Of a stretch of DNA of 64,000 nt, positions 1 through 11,807 are shown in pieces. Position numbers and translations under genes: made by a program. Source of the DNA: Lingula anatina (lineage: Eukaryota > Animalia > Brachiopoda); NCBI GenBank assembly GCA_051362555.1, contig CM120641.1, forward strand, positions 35,346,401-35,410,400. The letters are read 5' to 3'. Position 1 is the stretch's first letter. Every line of letters starts with the position of its first letter. The notes beneath the pieces are model-generated. The model was given only the letters and a program-made list of their open reading frames with translations. It searched no databases and was not told the DNA's origin.

Positions 1-200
1 CTCAAGTAAATGTTTATTGTTTGTTTTATGCACAGGGTACAATTTCCTTTTGTTTTGAAAATTTGGCCTGATCGTTGGCTGTTCATTTGTTTTGTGATTT
101 ATTCTATTGGTAAAATTTGACTGTTGTAGTCTAGGCTTCTGCATTGCGCAATAGCATTGACCGCTTAGTGATCCGAGTCTGTTCTTTCTTTTTGCCATAG

Positions 201-785
201 GTATGGTTCAAGAATCGCCGGGCAAAATGTCGACAGCAACAGAAAGCACAACAGCAGCAAAATCCCCAAGACCTCAATAAAAGCCGTCCTAAAAAACCGA
301 AGACGCCGCCCTCAGAGCATGCAGTCTCGCCTGGGACGCCTGACACATACAAACCACCAGCGCCACCTGTCGATATCCCACCGCCAATCAAGAGTGAGTC
401 TCATCTGACCAACGGCAACGGAGCATCTATCTGGTCTCCAGCGTCCATCGCTCCATCACCAGTTGGCGACTACATGAGCCCCAACAGCTGCATGCAGCGT
501 TCCTCCTACCACATGGCCAATTCCCAAACCCCTTACACTCCCCAAAATTACACACCTTCTTCCTATTATGGTAATATGGACTACCTGCCACCTTCTATGC
601 AGCTTCCGGTCATGCCGCCGTCCAATCAGATGTCACAAGGCATACCTACGTCACAGCATCAGATGGGATCATATGGACCAATGGGAAGCCCACAGGGACT
701 GTCACGAGGGGTGCATATGTCGTCAGACTGTCTAGAGTATAAAGAATATAAAGACCACTCTTGGCCAAAATTCCAGGTGTTATAA
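201..785 (+). CDS. Otx: Otx/orthodenticle homeobox gene, terminal coding exon (upstream exons lie outside the window)
   Basis: Acceptor ...tttttgccatag|GTA TGG TTC AAG at 200/201, the conserved PRD-class homeobox intron position. It translates to [13 protein letters not shown] (K50 helix 3), then the SIWSPA (WSP) motif and the Otx tail DCLEYKEYKDHSWPKFQVL, ending in TAA at 783-785. 195 codons, open. Confidence 0.96.
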   Translation, partial: VWFKNRRAKCRQQQKAQQQQNPQDLNKSRPKKPKTPPSEHAVSPGTPDTYKPPAPPVDIPPPIKSESHLTNGNGASIWSPASIAPSPVGDYMSPNSCMQRSSYHMANSQTPYTPQNYTPSSYYGNMDYLPPSMQLPVMPPSNQMSQGIPTSQHQMGSYGPMGSPQGLSRGVHMSSDCLEYKEYKDHSWPKFQVL

Positions 786-3064
786 AGTAAATCATGTACT
801 GTCTTCAGCAGGTACTTTAGTAAGGGTAAAAACAGCTTAGGTTTTGTTAAATTGGGATGTTTTAAAACATTTGTGGAAGCCAGTACGTGCAAGGAATAAT
901 CTGATCTGAAATTTTGCTAGGCATATTTAGAAAGCGTCTTGATGAAAAGGGCGGCGTGCTGAATCACGCCAACCCGAAGCTGTCGGAAAGTGGGACAATG
1001 TCTGCAATACAAGCGTAATACTCTATCTCTCTGAACATTCCAAATATCCGAATTTCACTCTTATAGATGGAAGTAGAAGTTTTTAGATATTTATCTTAGT
1101 TTTACCATCTTAATTTTTTATGCTCAAATCCACAATCAAGAAGAAAGTGTCAAAATTGTGAAATTGTGAGACAATCAGTTGTATATAATATTGTGTACAT
1201 TGGAGGTGTGATGTTGTTATAATATTGTGTAGTGTTTTAGCTTTACATGGTGTTTTAACTGTTTTTTATTTATGATGGGAGCAAAAAGAAATGGAGGAAT
1301 CATCGCTTCTAGTCGAAACTTCTTGAGAGCATGTTATTGATGTAATAGCCAATATATTACAACATGTTAAAAGGGGTTAAGTAAAAGCTGTACTTAACGT
1401 TATTCTTGAAACACATTAGCTCTGATTAAGCGTCAGTTTTCCTTTAAGAAATTGAGTATGGGGGTTGGGGGATTATGGAAAATAGTCCTGCGTGAGCTAT
1501 ACTATTAATCAATCTTCATGGTGCGTACAAATTAGAGGCTAGTCGAATACCCACTGGAAAATCAAAGGCACGAGACTACAATGCAATGAATCGTCTAATC
1601 TTGTTTAAATCACATGATAATTTCCCTTCTACACCAGCTGCCGTTTAAGAAGAAAATTTTAGGTATTAATTTCAAAGCATATGGCTAAGGTACTCACAAA
1701 ACGCTGTAATACAGCGCTACAGGGTCGGTAGTAATTCTGGATTAAATACGGGGTCCACGCATTTGGTCCGCTATATAAAAGAAGATAAAAATGGAATGAA
1801 CTGAACATTGATCAGTTTTGAGACAGGGTAATTCGATTTAGGGGAAATATCATAGCTTAGTGTATGTTAAGGCAATTTCATGTATATTATCAAATACATT
1901 TCATACTGCATTCGGTATTTGTCACTACGTTAGTCCAAAATGCAGGTCAGTTTATTATTCTAGAATAAATCCTGTTCAATAGTATTGAAGTAGATATTAG
2001 TCGTTGTAGACGTTAGCATTGTATAAATAAGCTTCCAAATCGTTATTTTAGTAAAAAATACTTTGTTATATTGATTTCCTTGTTGTTGTTGTTCATTTGA
2101 TAATTCTTCGAAAATTTATTTTCTACGAAGAAACGGCGTTTTTCACATAAGGAAAAAACTGCCACAAGCGTCAAGCCTAATACTGAGATTGATAAAATCT
2201 CTTCAAAATTGAAAACGATTTCGCAGAAATAGTAAAGAAACGTAGAACCCAAATGCTGTCCAGTTTCTCATATATATAAGAATTGCATTAAAAACAACTA
2301 TCCTTTAAAATATTTCAATGCAATTTATTCACATTTCACTGGTTCTTAACTATTTAAAACTTACAAGAGTGGTGAATGTCTGGAAAATCATAACCACACA
2401 ATCGAAAAGGAAAACATTCCATCGTAATAGAAGAAATTTTCGTGATTGATCAACTTTTTGGTGATAAGATTGACCATGTGTGAATAATCTTTTTGTAAAG
2501 AATTTTGAAATCTGAGCTATTGCATATAGGTTCAAAACGACATGGGATGGAGATGAAGAACTAATAAAATTTTTTTTTTGATAAATCATATTAAAAGAAG
2601 AGAGATTGAGCATTTTTGAAAAAAAAAAGCGATTAGAATTGGAAATTTTGTACCAAGAATTCGCAACCTGCAAATGATTAATTTGCATCATTCCAAAAGC
2701 CTAAATACAAAATAAAAGCGTTTATTTCCTGACAACAACTTTTACCTCTCCCATTAAAACATTTCTGTCGCTTAACTAGCAGGTGTTGTCGTATAAAAAA
2801 TGCGACATGCGCGCACTCCCACCACACTATATAAATAATAAATAAATAAACACATAATAGATAAATAAATAAATAATGATAAGCAAGAAGGAACATTTTT
2901 TCTACTAACTTTCCTGTACAAGTGCTAAATATATTACGTAGATCTTTTCTTCCCTTCGCACATTATTTCGTTCACATTGAACCTACTTCAACTTCTTCGG
3001 TGCAACAGTTGGATGAAAAACTGATATACATGTATGCAGAGCGAGATCAATTTAAAAAAAAAAA

Positions 3065-3189
<125 letters not shown>

Positions 3190-3227
3190 CGCCCAAGCTG
3201 CCGCCATAAGCGTCCTCTTCAGGGATT

Positions 3228-3288
<61 letters not shown>

Positions 3289-4489
3289 AAAAATACATAC
3301 ATGAATAAATAAATAAACTCTTTGGATACATGACGTAAAGAGCGTGTGTGTTTAAAGTGCGTGCTAATTAAACGCCCAAGATTACTCAATAGTGAATGAA
3401 ATTCGGTAGGAAAACCATTGCCTCTATCGTGTGTCTTCTAGTGTCGTGCACGTCCTTTTAAAAAAAAGTGACTGTTGTGTCAATGACAAAATGAACAGAA
3501 ATGGTACAGTGCTGTACAATTGGTATGGATGTTTACCTGTTCTTTATGGTGTCTTGTAATAATCCTCGAGTTCTTGACATTTTTCTCACGCATACATTTG
3601 CATTCAGATTGCAAATGTTTATCATATGTTTATTATATCATGTTTATCATATGTACAATATTCTTAGAGTCACAGGTATATTAATTCAGTTTAAACATTT
3701 AGTTAAAGTGTTTAGCCACCTGGAGTGATCAAAGTGCTGTTCACAATGGATACGCTGAGGAATATGATGAATATTATAAATTGATAAATGTTTAAACTTA
3801 GCATTCGTGCATTTATTTGTGAATTATTTGGTAAATTACGAAGAAAATTTGTTGATTAGGTGGGACACAAACGACATCAACATTTTTCATACTGTTCAAA
3901 ATTTTATTCCACAGACTTAACTATCTCTCAATATAGGCTACAAATACAAACCATGTGAACTTTTAAACAGAGAAATGGGTCTATAAACTGAAAGTACAAT
4001 ATCTTGCCGTCAAATAAAAATAGTTTTGGTTCCTTGTCTAAATATGATGAATATGAAGAACCAATATAATCTATAATAATATTGACTTTTGCTATTTCAT
4101 TATTGTAAAAAAAATATTTTCAAGATTTAAATTAGATTTAAAAGAACAATGTAACTGAATATTTGTTTCTTTGCTTTTAACTATGGTTGTGCTGGTTGTC
4201 CCTCTGGAGGATGCAACTACAACAATCACTTGCTTCAATATGTAGGAATTTCGTTTCAATTGCTACAGGTGAGAAAGCACAAAATGCGGCTCACCTGGCA
4301 ACCTTTTTATAACGTCTTTTTAATTATATTTTATATGACTACAACGCAGATCTATTGTATAATTATTACCATATCATATTATATGATCTATTCTCGGAAA
4401 TGAATTTCAACCCATGTGCATTTCTAGCGTCATGCGGTTTACATGCAATTTTGATTGTACACTTCGATTCATTTTCAGTGAAATGATAA

Positions 4490-5470
4490 ATGCAGATGAT
4501 ACCCAGTTGTATACATCTTGTTACATCCATGATCCAGCATTGTCTGTGAACACCATTGTTGACTGCATATCAGTTCTTAGAGGTTGGCTCATTTCAAACA
4601 AATTGAAGATAAATGATGGAAAAACAGACTTTTTAGTCATTACTCAACCCCACGACAAGGGCTTTGCTCACAACCTGCAACTTAAAATTGGAGCTAGTAT
4701 GGCATTATCCTCCCCCCCCCCCCCCCATGTAAAAAATTTAGGAGTATACTTTGATGCTACACTTTCAATGGACAAGCAGATTTCCAACATCACAAGGTCT
4801 TGTTTATTCAACATTCGGAATATTGGCACCATGAGGAAATATCTGAATCAATCTTCTGCTGCTACTGTTATACACTCATTGGTAACTTCCAGGTTGGCAA
4901 TTCTGTATTATATGGATGTCCAGATGATAAGATCATAGGATTACAACGCATCCAGAATATCTCTGCACGGCTTTTAATGCTACAGCCTAGGAATTGCCAT
5001 ATCACTCCAATTTTAAAGCAGTTGCACTGGTTACCAGTTAGGGCCAGAATTTTATTTAAGGTTTTAGTTTTTACACATGCTGCTTTTTATAACCCAGCCC
5101 TCAAAGATCCCTGAGGTCTGGTGACAAACTTTTACTGAAAGTTCCCAAATCAAAGTTAAAAACATATGGTGACATAGCATTTTGTATAGCTGCACCGGTA
5201 GAATGGAATAAGTTACCAATTTTACGAAAAGAACCACAAGAATCTTTTAAAAAGGAATTGAAAAGTCACATTTTAAAGACATTTTATTCATGAATTTAAA
5301 ATTTCACATTAAAGAAACCTTGGATTTTTTACTTTTAATTACTGTTTAATTACTGTTTAATATATATCTTAACCATTTTATCTATAAACTTCTTTGTATT
5401 TTATGTTGTACAGTCTATTGAACATGTTATGGATTTTAGACTCGAAATAAATATAATAATAATATTATTA
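4490..5470 (+). mobile_element. 5'-truncated, frameshifted non-LTR retrotransposon (L2/CR1-group LINE) ORF2 3' fragment
   Basis: Motifs ADDTQLY, NKLKINDGKT, VKNLGVYFD, LQRIQN, HITPILKQLHWLPV, then LRSGDKLLLKVPKSKLKTYGDIAF...APVEWNKLP (about 5111-5220). These are typical of the RT/C-terminal region of L2-clade ORF2. Frame changes near 4895 and 5100. (TAA)-rich tail at about 5447-5470. Confidence 0.88.
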
Positions 5471-6037
5471 TATAAATAAAAAAGCCCTAATTTTGGGCCA
5501 AAAATTTTTACATATGTCCGTTTATCCAATGAAATTTGATAAATGAAATCGATATCAAGCATCGGATCTGACATTCAGTGTGGTTAAACACAGTAAATAA
5601 GCACTTTACGGATATGCTAAACTATTCTTACACTGCCAATGGCATCATCATCGTTTCAGTTGTCGTCGTCATCATTGTCATCACTGAAACCAATATTCTG
5701 CGCATTGTCAGTTTTAGCGCTGGCGTTTATTTAAATCAAACCGTTTATTTAAGAAAGAGACAAAAATTGATGCTTTGGTTAACGAGCTGCAACTATCTAT
5801 AAACAAGGTCGACAGGCAAACTTTTTGTTTTGTTTTTTTAATTTTTTTCACCCAATATTTTATCATCACACTTTCAAATATTTCCAAGATATTTTTCATA
5901 AAGTATACTAAAAAGAAAGATGTTGAAATGATCACCAAATATCAAATAAATAGCTTTTTCATATGGGAGTCATAAGGTAGTAAAATATACATTTTTAATA
6001 TTTATACATGTATATGTTCTGATCGGTCTGACACATG

Positions 6038-6283
6038 ATTTACTGAGTGGCTTTGTTTGGCAAAGAAGCAGATTGCTTTCGAAAATCAGCATGTTTGGTT
6101 TACATTTATGGTTATACTTCTTCTTCTTCTTCTTTTTTTTCGCACAATTTTGGTGACGTTCGCCCCATAATTGCCCAATCGCATTTTCGTTTGACTTTTA
6201 CTTTAAATTTACTGAGTGGTCTTGTTTGATAAAGAGGCAGGTTGCTTTCGAAAATCGGCATGATCGGTTTACATTTATGGTAA
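6038..6283 (+). repeat. Imperfect ~75-bp direct duplication (about 6038-6113 and 6208-6283)
   Basis: Both copies read tttactgagtgg...ttgtttg..aaaga.gcag.ttgctttcgaaaatc.gcatg...ggtttacatttatggt. Confidence 0.75.
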
Positions 6284-8418
6284 TTATTCTGTTTTTTAAT
6301 GTCTGAATATTTGTCAGCTTTGCTGTCTACCGTATTCTTATTTTCTCTTGAAAATTTTCACCCGCAAACTAACAAAAAGTGCCAATGTATCCTCCATTAT
6401 GTAGACTGCAAGATAAAATTATATGTACTCAAATAAAATATATTTTATGAAGTTTTGTGGGTGAGTCAGATTTTCATTATGAATTTTTTTACTGGGGAGT
6501 CAGATTTTCACGTTACATCGCACCACCTCTCACAGAGAGTTAGGAAATACATCTTTTCAATATGTTTATCACAATACATGTATGTTACCTAAGGCGTGCT
6601 TTTAATAATAATAATAATAATGTCACGTTTTTCTTAAAGTTCTATTGTTTTCCAAGATATCGTGACACGGAGGTAATAACAGCAGGTAAAGAACAACAAA
6701 GTCCTGGTTTTTCTTAAATCCAGTAAGAAAACCTTTATTGAATTTTAGATTAGATGAGTTTAATAACAAAGCACAGAGATTGTAGATTGATGCTGCTCAG
6801 ATGATACAGGCACCTCAGACGGAACAAAAATGGAACGGTAGCGCAATGTAATGAATAATGACCAACTCTAAGAGCGGGCTTCGCTTTTATCTGTTTTAAC
6901 CACCGGCCTAAAATGATGATCAAGTGACCATTGCGCACGTCACATTTTTAAACATATACCAAGGTCAAAGATTTCCTAAAAACGGAGGCAAACTATATAT
7001 TCTGAGCAGATCATTTCTATTTATTCTCCGATTTCCATTTTGTTTAGCATCAATTCCTCTTCCTGTATTCTTAATTAAGAGCCCATTAGGCAACAAGCGC
7101 TACATGCTATTCCAATTGAATTTCTTTGGTATTCTACAATGGTTACTAATTACAGTCCACAGGTACACTAGTCTGTGTCTACTTTGAACTATTTTCGTAT
7201 CACCTGAATTACTATGTTTGAAGATATCTCACTCATGCTCAGTCAGAGTTTATGTTACTTTTTAAAACAATTAATTTTAAAATCCTTTAAATCATCATGC
7301 ATAAATAAAATCATTATAACACCAACAAGAAATAAAATTAAAACAGTACACCATGCGAACAAATGCAAAATTACTATAAAACAAAAAATCAATAAAGTGC
7401 AAAATAAAGCATAAAATCCATTGAAATAGCTACAGTCAAAACAGCATTTGTTAATATAATCTTATGTTGTCCACATTATTGGGATCAGAAGGTAATGTTT
7501 AACCCACCAGGGTCACATATTGATTTTTCACAGATGTCTCATGACACTATTCTCTGCTGTATAGATAAGTGTTCATGATTTATCTGCTGCCCTGGTAGAG
7601 GCTACAAGTTAAAGGGATACCAATTCTCCATATGAGATTCGATATTCCACAATAAATACATTCTAAACAACATAAAACATGGACCTTAATAGATGGTTAC
7701 CCTCCGTCATAATCTCTTTTGGTAATAATCTCTTAAGAGAGTAAAAATATTTACACAGACTAATCTCTTAAGAGATCATTCCAAAAAAAACAAAAAACAA
7801 TTCAATAACTTTGAACATCAGAACGAATTTATTAACCATTGGAAAGTATGGGAAAATTGTCGTTTACCTCAGGAAAATCTGATTATGGAACCTTCTTCCC
7901 AAAATAAAGTTGTATCCCTTTAACCACAAACCTTCTTATCAAATCATTCACAAGCGACGACAGGTCCAGATAAGATAAGAGTCAAGTGACTTGGACATTT
8001 CATGCCAGCACTGAATCGAGAATCATTTATCGAGTGAAGGAAAATTTTTCAAAAATTTAATTTAATTTTAGGATCAAACCAACACCTAAAACTTTCAGCT
8101 TCAGAGACCAACCCAGTAAGTGTGAGCATATTAATATACAGCAGGCAAGTAAAGCGAAAGTTCGAAAGAAAATGATCCACTCTGAATCAAAATTTGATCT
8201 AGATTCTATGCGATTTCTTAAGGAGTTATGCATCTAGGTATGTAGCATATTAAGTCAATCCAGAGAGTAAAAAGATCTAAATTATCAGAAAAGGCCTCCA
8301 ACATAGGTAAAATGATTTGGAATACGATGAAAGGGGGCACAAATGATTACTCATCAGCTAATATGGATTTCCATATACTGCTAATAAACAGTATACAAGA
8401 ACGAACAGTCTATATCAA

Positions 8419-9421
8419 TTAAGTCATAACTTTCAGTTCCTGTGGACCTTTCTTTTTAAAAACTTGATACCAACTTTCTTTTTTGTCCGCTGGGCAGAGG
8501 TCGTAGAACATCTTTCCATCCAGTTGGACGTATCCATCAGATAGTGTGCCGTCAATATTTTCTGTAATTAGATAAAGGTGACAGGAATTTATTTACCTTA
8601 AAATTTGTACTTTAAAATTATGTTTCAAATATAATCAATATCACTTTAATATAATGACGGATTTTTTTCTTTAAATGATGCCTACCTTGTTTGAGAAAAA
8701 CACAAATATGACAGCCTCTGTGCCAGTTTCCGGCTCCATCCTGGCAAACAAACCTCCTGGAAAAATGGTCCAAAGCGTTTAAGCATTTCAGCGACTTCAT
8801 TACTTGGCTTGTATTGCGGTCGTTCACTAGTGGTTGGAAATATATACGCGGCAAGTAGCGAAGGCCGTAGTGTAACCGATAACCATCAAATTCACGTGGC
8901 CCTGGCGAAGAAGTTGTAGCCCTGTCGTCCTCTATGTCCTTTCGATCGGCGTTGAAATATTTAGCTGTCGTTGCCAAAGGCGGATAAGCTCGTACATTGG
9001 CGGGGTAGTCCTCGGCTCTTGTACCTCTCAACCAATTTTTTTTATTCGCGTAGACCACTTCCAGTGAGTGCGGGTAGTTAGGGATCCTCGTTTTAAGTCT
9101 TTCATAAATTTTTACATACTCCTCCACGTCATCTACACAGAAATGCCCGTGGAACTTTTCAGGCTTTGGGTTAAACCACTGACCACGATGAATAGAAAGG
9201 ATACCGCTGATTTTGAATTTTTTGCTGATTTCCGATGCAAATTCCACCAATTCTTGCCGTTGACCACCGTTGAATTCTTCAAATGTTAGCTTCCCTGGCG
9301 GCTGCTTGGCAAGTATCACGAAGTGTGCTCTTGGAGTGAATAAATCAAACTCCAATCTATAACAATCGGAGCTTCCTAATAGATCGTACGGTACAGGACT
9401 CCGCAGCGGACCACGAGCCAT
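8419..9421 (-). CDS. Uncharacterised two-exon gene, ~292 aa, putative tandem HIT-fold (histidine-triad-like) protein; exons 9421-8686 and 8561-8419
   Basis: ATG in strong context (agaaaATGG) about 40 bp downstream of a TATA-like run. 245-codon exon 1 ends CAA G|GTAGGC. 124-bp intron, acceptor taattacag|AA, phase 1 consistent. Exon 2 reads ENIDGTLSDGYVQLDGKMFYDLCPADKKESWYQVFKKKGPQELKVMT*. FDLFTPRAHFVILAK and SIHRG...KFHGHFCV resemble HIT-family motifs (by eye, no HMM run). Confidence 0.75.
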
Positions 9422-9440
9422 TTTCTCTGTGAAGACACTT

Positions 9441-9546
9441 GCTTATCGTAATTCGTGCTTATATATATATATATTCAAAAGCAAAACTTGGAAATTTTTC
9501 ACTTCTCAAAATATATTTCCGGATAATCAGTTAGGTTTCGTTTTCT
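9441..9546 (-). promoter_or_regulatory. Putative proximal promoter of the HIT-like gene: TATA-like run plus IRF/ISRE-like and Rel-like motifs
   Basis: Minus strand: AGAAAACGAAACC (9546-9534), GAGAAGTGAAAAATTTCCA (9507-9489), TATA-like run at about 9474-9459, GATAAG at about 9447-9442. Motif match only. Confidence 0.4.
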
Positions 9547-10073
9547 CATCCGGGCTAGAGACAAGGCGGTTGAACACCCGCACCATTTGTTAGGCAAATA
9601 AATAAAATCACTTGTTTCTCACACTCCGACGGCCTCGAAATGGCCAAAAGAAAAAAAAATTAGCCAAAAAATTATTTTTATTTTTTTTTACCGACGTCCT
9701 ACTAATTATATGGTCACACGTTCGCATGACTGTGCATTAAGTTCAATGTAAAGGTCGTTAAGCCTAAGTACACTATTGGCTCATTTTTCCCTACTTCGCC
9801 AATCAGCACTTTGTTGATATTTTAACATGTGTAAAGCAACATAGCCCGGGAGAATCGTGCAGGCTCAAACAGCAGTCTGTATTTTATCCAGTGGCGGATT
9901 TACATGTATTTTACCTGCCATTAACTAAAATCTCATAAACCTATAAATATATGCATATTACTGTTTACCCTGTGAAGGCTTGTCCGACAAGAACAGACAC
10001 ACTCTGTCAAAGTGTCCTCGATGATTTAGGGCTACGCGTGCGTTTTTGAGAAAACTTAATATAGTATTTTTAA

Positions 10074-10162
10074 ATAATATAATATAATATAATATAATAT
10101 AATATAATATAATATAATATAATATAATATAATATAATATAATATAATATAATATAATATAA
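10074..10162. repeat. (AATAT)n microsatellite
   Basis: Directly visible pentanucleotide repeat. Confidence 0.95.
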
Positions 10163-11011
10163 TTGAAATAAAATAATTTATATTTTAGTTTCTTTAACCA
10201 TAGACATGTTGAAAATATACATTTTATTGCACCTTTTTATTTATTGCACCGTTAACTGCAGCATTTCCCCAATGGCCAGCTCAATCCCTTGATCAGAACC
10301 TCAATCACTATCGCCAGCTCATACGGAACGTATCGAACGTGTAGAAAAAGCGGATTTACGATGTCTGGGTTCTTTTGCTGTGCTCGTGGCTAATTTTTCT
10401 CGGGAATGGATAAGTGAAAGAAAACAAACAAACAAAAAAATACTGTCTTTACACCGCATGTGGAATGCCTTCACTCCGCTAACGTTACAAAACTTTTTGA
10501 ACTCGGCGCACAGATTTGGATACTGTACTGAAATGATTTTTTACGAATGTTAGCTTATTCATTGGTTGTATAATCACTACAATATGAAAAATCCTTTAAT
10601 AAGTTAAATAAAATTTATGCCTTGGTTGTCTTTATCATTTTACAAATTGGATAAGGGGAGACATTTTTTTGCTAGGGGGAGTATACATTGCCGTAGGTGA
10701 GACGCATTGCAGTACAATTGCAGTGGCATCGAGACCATGCAGTCGAGCCGAAAAGATGTACAGACAGAAAAACATTAGTATACCCTTTACCTGAAAATGA
10801 CAAGAAAATGAAAACTTTGACCTGTTGGTGAAATAAAAACAAAAATAGTGAAGTGATTGAGGCAGTGAACTTGTGAGCTGTGCGTTTGATATGGTGTAAA
10901 AAAACAAAACTGTATATATTACAAAAAAAAAAAAAAAAAAAAACTCTTATCATAAAGCCGTCTGGACTGTTTGAAAATCAATCAACTATTAGCTGTCCTG
11001 GTGTGGGCCTC

Positions 11012-11480
11012 AATGGATAGTCTTCATACTATTTATGGGCGTTATATTTTTGTGAATGGATTGTCTTTATATTGTTTATGGGCGTAAAAGGTTTATGAAG
11101 GGATGGTCTTCATATTTTTTATGGCTGTAATATTTTTGTGAATAGAAGGTCTTCATATTATTTATGGCTGTAATATTTTTGCGAATGGATGGTCTTCATA
11201 TTATTTATGGCTGTAATATTTTTGTGAATGGATGGTCTTCATATTATTTCTGGCTGTAATGTTTTTGTGAATGAATAGTCTTCATATTATTTATGGCTGT
11301 AACATTTTTGTCAATGGATAGTCTTCATATTATTTATGGCTGTAATATTTTTGTCAATGGATAGTCTTCATATTATTTATGGCTGTAATATTTTTGTCAA
11401 TGGATAGTCTTCATATTATTTATGGCTGTAATATTTGTATCGATAGATAATACTATTAGTGGCCGTAATATTTTGTGAAT
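11012..11480. repeat. 43-bp minisatellite, about 10-11 copies
   Basis: Unit approximately aatggatagtcttcatattatttatggctgtaatatttttgt(g/c). Unit starts at 11313, 11356 and 11399 give a 43-bp period. Confidence 0.92.
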
Positions 11481-11568
11481 GCAGTAGTTGTGCCACACTC
11501 AACAGCGCTACCATTGTGTTAAAGTCATCCAACGCTGCATTGCCCATATTTAAGTTGTGACATTACCT

Positions 11569-11807
11569 CAGGGGCGGATCCAGAAAATTTAGAAGGGGGG
11601 GGGGGTCCGTTTTTTTTTTAGGTATTGAATTGACAGGCCTCGGATTGGGAGGCCGACTCTTACCCCCTTGGCGTTAGGTTTGGGGCACGTTCGAGGGCCC
11701 CGAGAAGAATGATGTTTTGGAGGGCAAATGGTTTAGCTAGACATTTTTAAGTCAAAAATGGAAAGGGGGATCAGGACCCCCCAGACACCCCCATAAATCC
11801 GCCACTG
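11569..11807. mobile_element. MITE-like element with CAG(G/T)GGCGGAT termini
   Basis: 5' CAGGGGCGGATCC and 3' AAATCCGCCACTG form an imperfect TIR. Flanked by direct repeat TACCT (11564-11568 and 11808-11812). Related copy at 45637-45870. Confidence 0.75.

Noticed and set aside
8618-8685. ORF-track C-terminus GRHHLKKKIRHYIKVILIIFET of the 267-aa ORF
   Set aside because: It lies after a good donor (CAAG|GTAGG) and is AT-rich. A phase-compatible second exon follows, so it is more likely intron read-through.
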